Shown here in pieces: positions 33,396 through 34,490 of a stretch of DNA of 34,490 nt. Below the pieces are notes generated by a model, which saw only the letters and a program-made list of their open reading frames with translations, did not search any database and was not told where the DNA came from. The DNA is from a virus (lineage: Duplodnaviria; Caudoviricetes): the IMG/VR virus record IMGVR_UViG_3300043765_000051, positions 1 through 34,490 of that record, one strand, 5' to 3'. Position 1 is the first letter of the stretch; each line of letters starts with the position of its first letter. The position numbers were made by a program, and so were the translations under genes.

Positions 33396-33721
33396 TTGGC
33401 ACTCGGCGCGGGATTCGGACACGGCGCCGGAGCCGCCGGCTGCGCGACCGTCACGCAATGCGCCCGCGAGTAACTCCCCCGCTCACCGGGACCGGGCACC
33501 AGCACATCGAGCTTCTCACTGCGCGCCCACGCCGCTAGCGCCGAACACTGCGGACCTAACCCGATGTCACTCTCCTGATACGCCTCGTTCAAACACGCCA
33601 CCACCATCGGCGTCGGCACCACCGTCACGTGCTCAAACAAACTACACCCCGACAGCCCTACCCCCATCACGACAAGCGCGGAAAGAACTCGTACACGTCC
33701 CTGATCAACAACGCCTCGCAT
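33392..33721 (-). CDS. Putative lipoprotein (109 aa)
   Basis: RVRVLSALVVMGVG-LSGC: basic n-region, h-region and lipobox; Cys/Pro-rich mature part. Confidence 0.55.
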   Translation of the reverse strand: MRGVVDQGRVRVLSALVVMGVGLSGCSLFEHVTVVPTPMVVACLNEAYQESDIGLGPQCSALAAWARSEKLDVLVPGPGERGSYSRAHCVTVAQPAAPAPCPNPAPSAK

Positions 33722-33870
33722 GTCCCCATCTCCCGAATGATGCGCTGCAACGACTGTACCTCCCGCAGGATGATCACCGCATCCGCAGGCTCAAGCGTCA
33801 GATGCAACGGTAAACCCTCCCCAGCCGCTAACCGCCCCAGCTGCCGCCACAACAACTCCTCGCGCGTCAT
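33667..33870 (-). CDS. Hypothetical protein (67 aa)
   Basis: Start moved to ATG 33870 (ATGA overlap; SD GGAGG). Confidence 0.6.
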   Translation of the reverse strand: MTREELLWRQLGRLAAGEGLPLHLTLEPADAVIILREVQSLQRIIREMGTCEALLIRDVYEFFPRLS

Positions 33871-33995
33871 CGCCCCCACCTCCGAGCCTCCCGCTCCTTG
33901 TCCCGCTCAACCTCGCGCCTGAACCCCCACCACCCAAAGCCCAGCAGAAGCCCAAGCGCAAACTCCCCCAGCCAGCGATAAATCTCAAGCAACAT
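33867..33995 (-). CDS. 42-aa single-TM protein, first gene of the operon
   Basis: ATG 33995 with SD GGAGGG; MLLEIYRWLGEFALGLLLGFGWWGFRREVERDKEREARRWGR. Confidence 0.6.
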   Translation of the reverse strand: MLLEIYRWLGEFALGLLLGFGWWGFRREVERDKEREARRWGR

Positions 33996-34222
33996 CGTTG
34001 CGTCCCTCCAAAACTGTGAACCAGTCGGCAGACAAGCCTCCCTACGTGCGATAGGGGGGTACCCCAGGGGGGTCCTCCGGAGGCCCTTCCGCTTAAACCC
34101 CAATCTAACACCTCAGCACACAAATCACCGCGGGAAAATTTCTGAGGAGGAAAGCCGTGACGTGCACTTCCTCGAGCCATCGAGGCGTCCGACGCGCGGA
34201 ACTGGTCCGAGCCGAGGCGTCG

Positions 34223-34250
34223 ATTTAACGTAATGTGTATTATGCGAATC
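34223..34250 (-). other. dif-like XerC/XerD recombination site
   Basis: Minus strand GATTCGCATAA-TACACA-TTACGTTAAAT versus E. coli dif GGTGCGCATAA-TGTATA-TTATGTTAAAT: 9/11 XerC arm, 10/11 XerD arm, exact 11-6-11 geometry, AT-rich island in a non-coding region. Confidence 0.85.
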
Positions 34251-34251
34251 A

Positions 34252-34314
34252 GTAAGTGGTTGAAATCATTGGAGTTTGTGTGGAAGCTCTGTCTCAATGA
34301 AATCAAGGACTTAC
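34252..34314. promoter_or_regulatory. Inverted pair of IHF-consensus sites
   Basis: AATCAAGGACTTA (34301-34313) matches WATCAANNNNTTR exactly; the opposite-strand TTTCAACCACTTA (34253-34265) has one mismatch; 20-bp arms 34252-34271 and 34295-34314 match 16/20. Confidence 0.6.
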
Positions 34315-34321
34315 GAGGCCG

Positions 34322-34429
34322 GTGCGCCAGTGACTCACCGTGCGTCAGCGGCGTACCAGTGCGCCATTGGCTTATGCAGATCCTAGCTACTAGGTGGCTG
34401 TTGGTATGCGTCAATGGCATAGTGCGTCA
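34322..34429 (+). repeat. Five direct copies of RTGCGYCA
   Basis: At 34322, 34340, 34359, 34406 and 34422. Confidence 0.65.
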
Positions 34430-34440
34430 GAGGCGTATTC

Positions 34441-34479
34441 TAACACCGACATAACATCTAACATCTAACACCTGACATG
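34441..34479 (+). repeat. TAACAYC heptamer repeats
   Basis: TAACACC 34441; tandem TAACATC-TAACATC-TAACACC 34452-34472; degenerate TGACATG 34473. Confidence 0.65.
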
Positions 34480-34490
34480 TTGGGGGTGAG

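Larger units (their letters stand above)
1..34490 (-). mobile_element. Tailed dsDNA bacteriophage genome segment (podovirus-like, partial)
   Basis: Co-oriented terL, portal, scaffold, capsid, adaptor, nozzle, fibre and ejection-protein order; dense ATGA/TGATG/GTGA gene overlaps; no host housekeeping genes; no tape measure or sheath gene recognised. Confidence 0.95.

Noticed and set aside
33656-33822. KOPS motifs (GGGNAGGG) near the dif-like site
   Set aside because: Two minus-strand matches (33656-33663, 33815-33822) point away from the site and are explained by the local G-rich skew.
33791-34454. ORFs 33791-34420 (-) and 34233-34454 (+) across the control region
   Set aside because: No SD or recognisable protein features; they run through the dif-like site and repeats, which are better explained as non-coding signals.
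34320-34490. Mini-CRISPR array or tRNA in the right-hand non-coding region
   Set aside because: Repeats are only 7-8 bp with irregular spacing; no 23-47-bp repeat-spacer pattern and no cloverleaf or T-loop motif found.
1-34490. Genome-wide stop-codon reassignment
   Set aside because: Core genes are full length in the standard code and end in TAA, TGA and TAG; no fragmentation and no suppressor tRNA seen.

Overview
The window is a large part of a GC-rich tailed dsDNA phage genome with podovirus-like gene order. Every credible gene is on the minus strand. In transcription order (right to left): a ~500-bp non-coding block with a 28-bp XerC/XerD dif-like site, two inverted IHF-consensus sites and two short repeat families; small membrane, lipoprotein and Cys-rich ORFs; a pectate-lyase-like tailspike; terminase large subunit; FmdB-type Zn-ribbon and small ORFs; portal; a run of tiny Arg-rich ORFs missed by the ORF track; scaffold, major capsid, decoration-like protein, head-tail adaptor and nozzle; a His-motif protein; a lower-GC receptor-binding module (862-aa fibre, 1333-aa duplicated Ig/propeller protein, lectin-like protein); four probable ejection proteins (largest 1563 aa); coupled small ORFs including a PEP-CTERM-like protein and two holin-like genes; an RHH-like regulator; and the 5' part of a replication-initiator-like gene cut by the left edge. 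No integrase, polymerase, endolysin, tRNA or CRISPR array is visible. The best leads are (1) the dif-like site with an accessory-type flank, suggesting use of host XerCD, (2) protamine-like micro-ORFs in the head operon, (3) a phage-encoded PEP-CTERM-like protein, (4) a triple W-x3-H-x3-H protein, and (5) degenerate ADP-ribosyltransferase-like modules in the giant ejection protein. All functional calls come from by-eye motif recognition and gene order; no searches were run.
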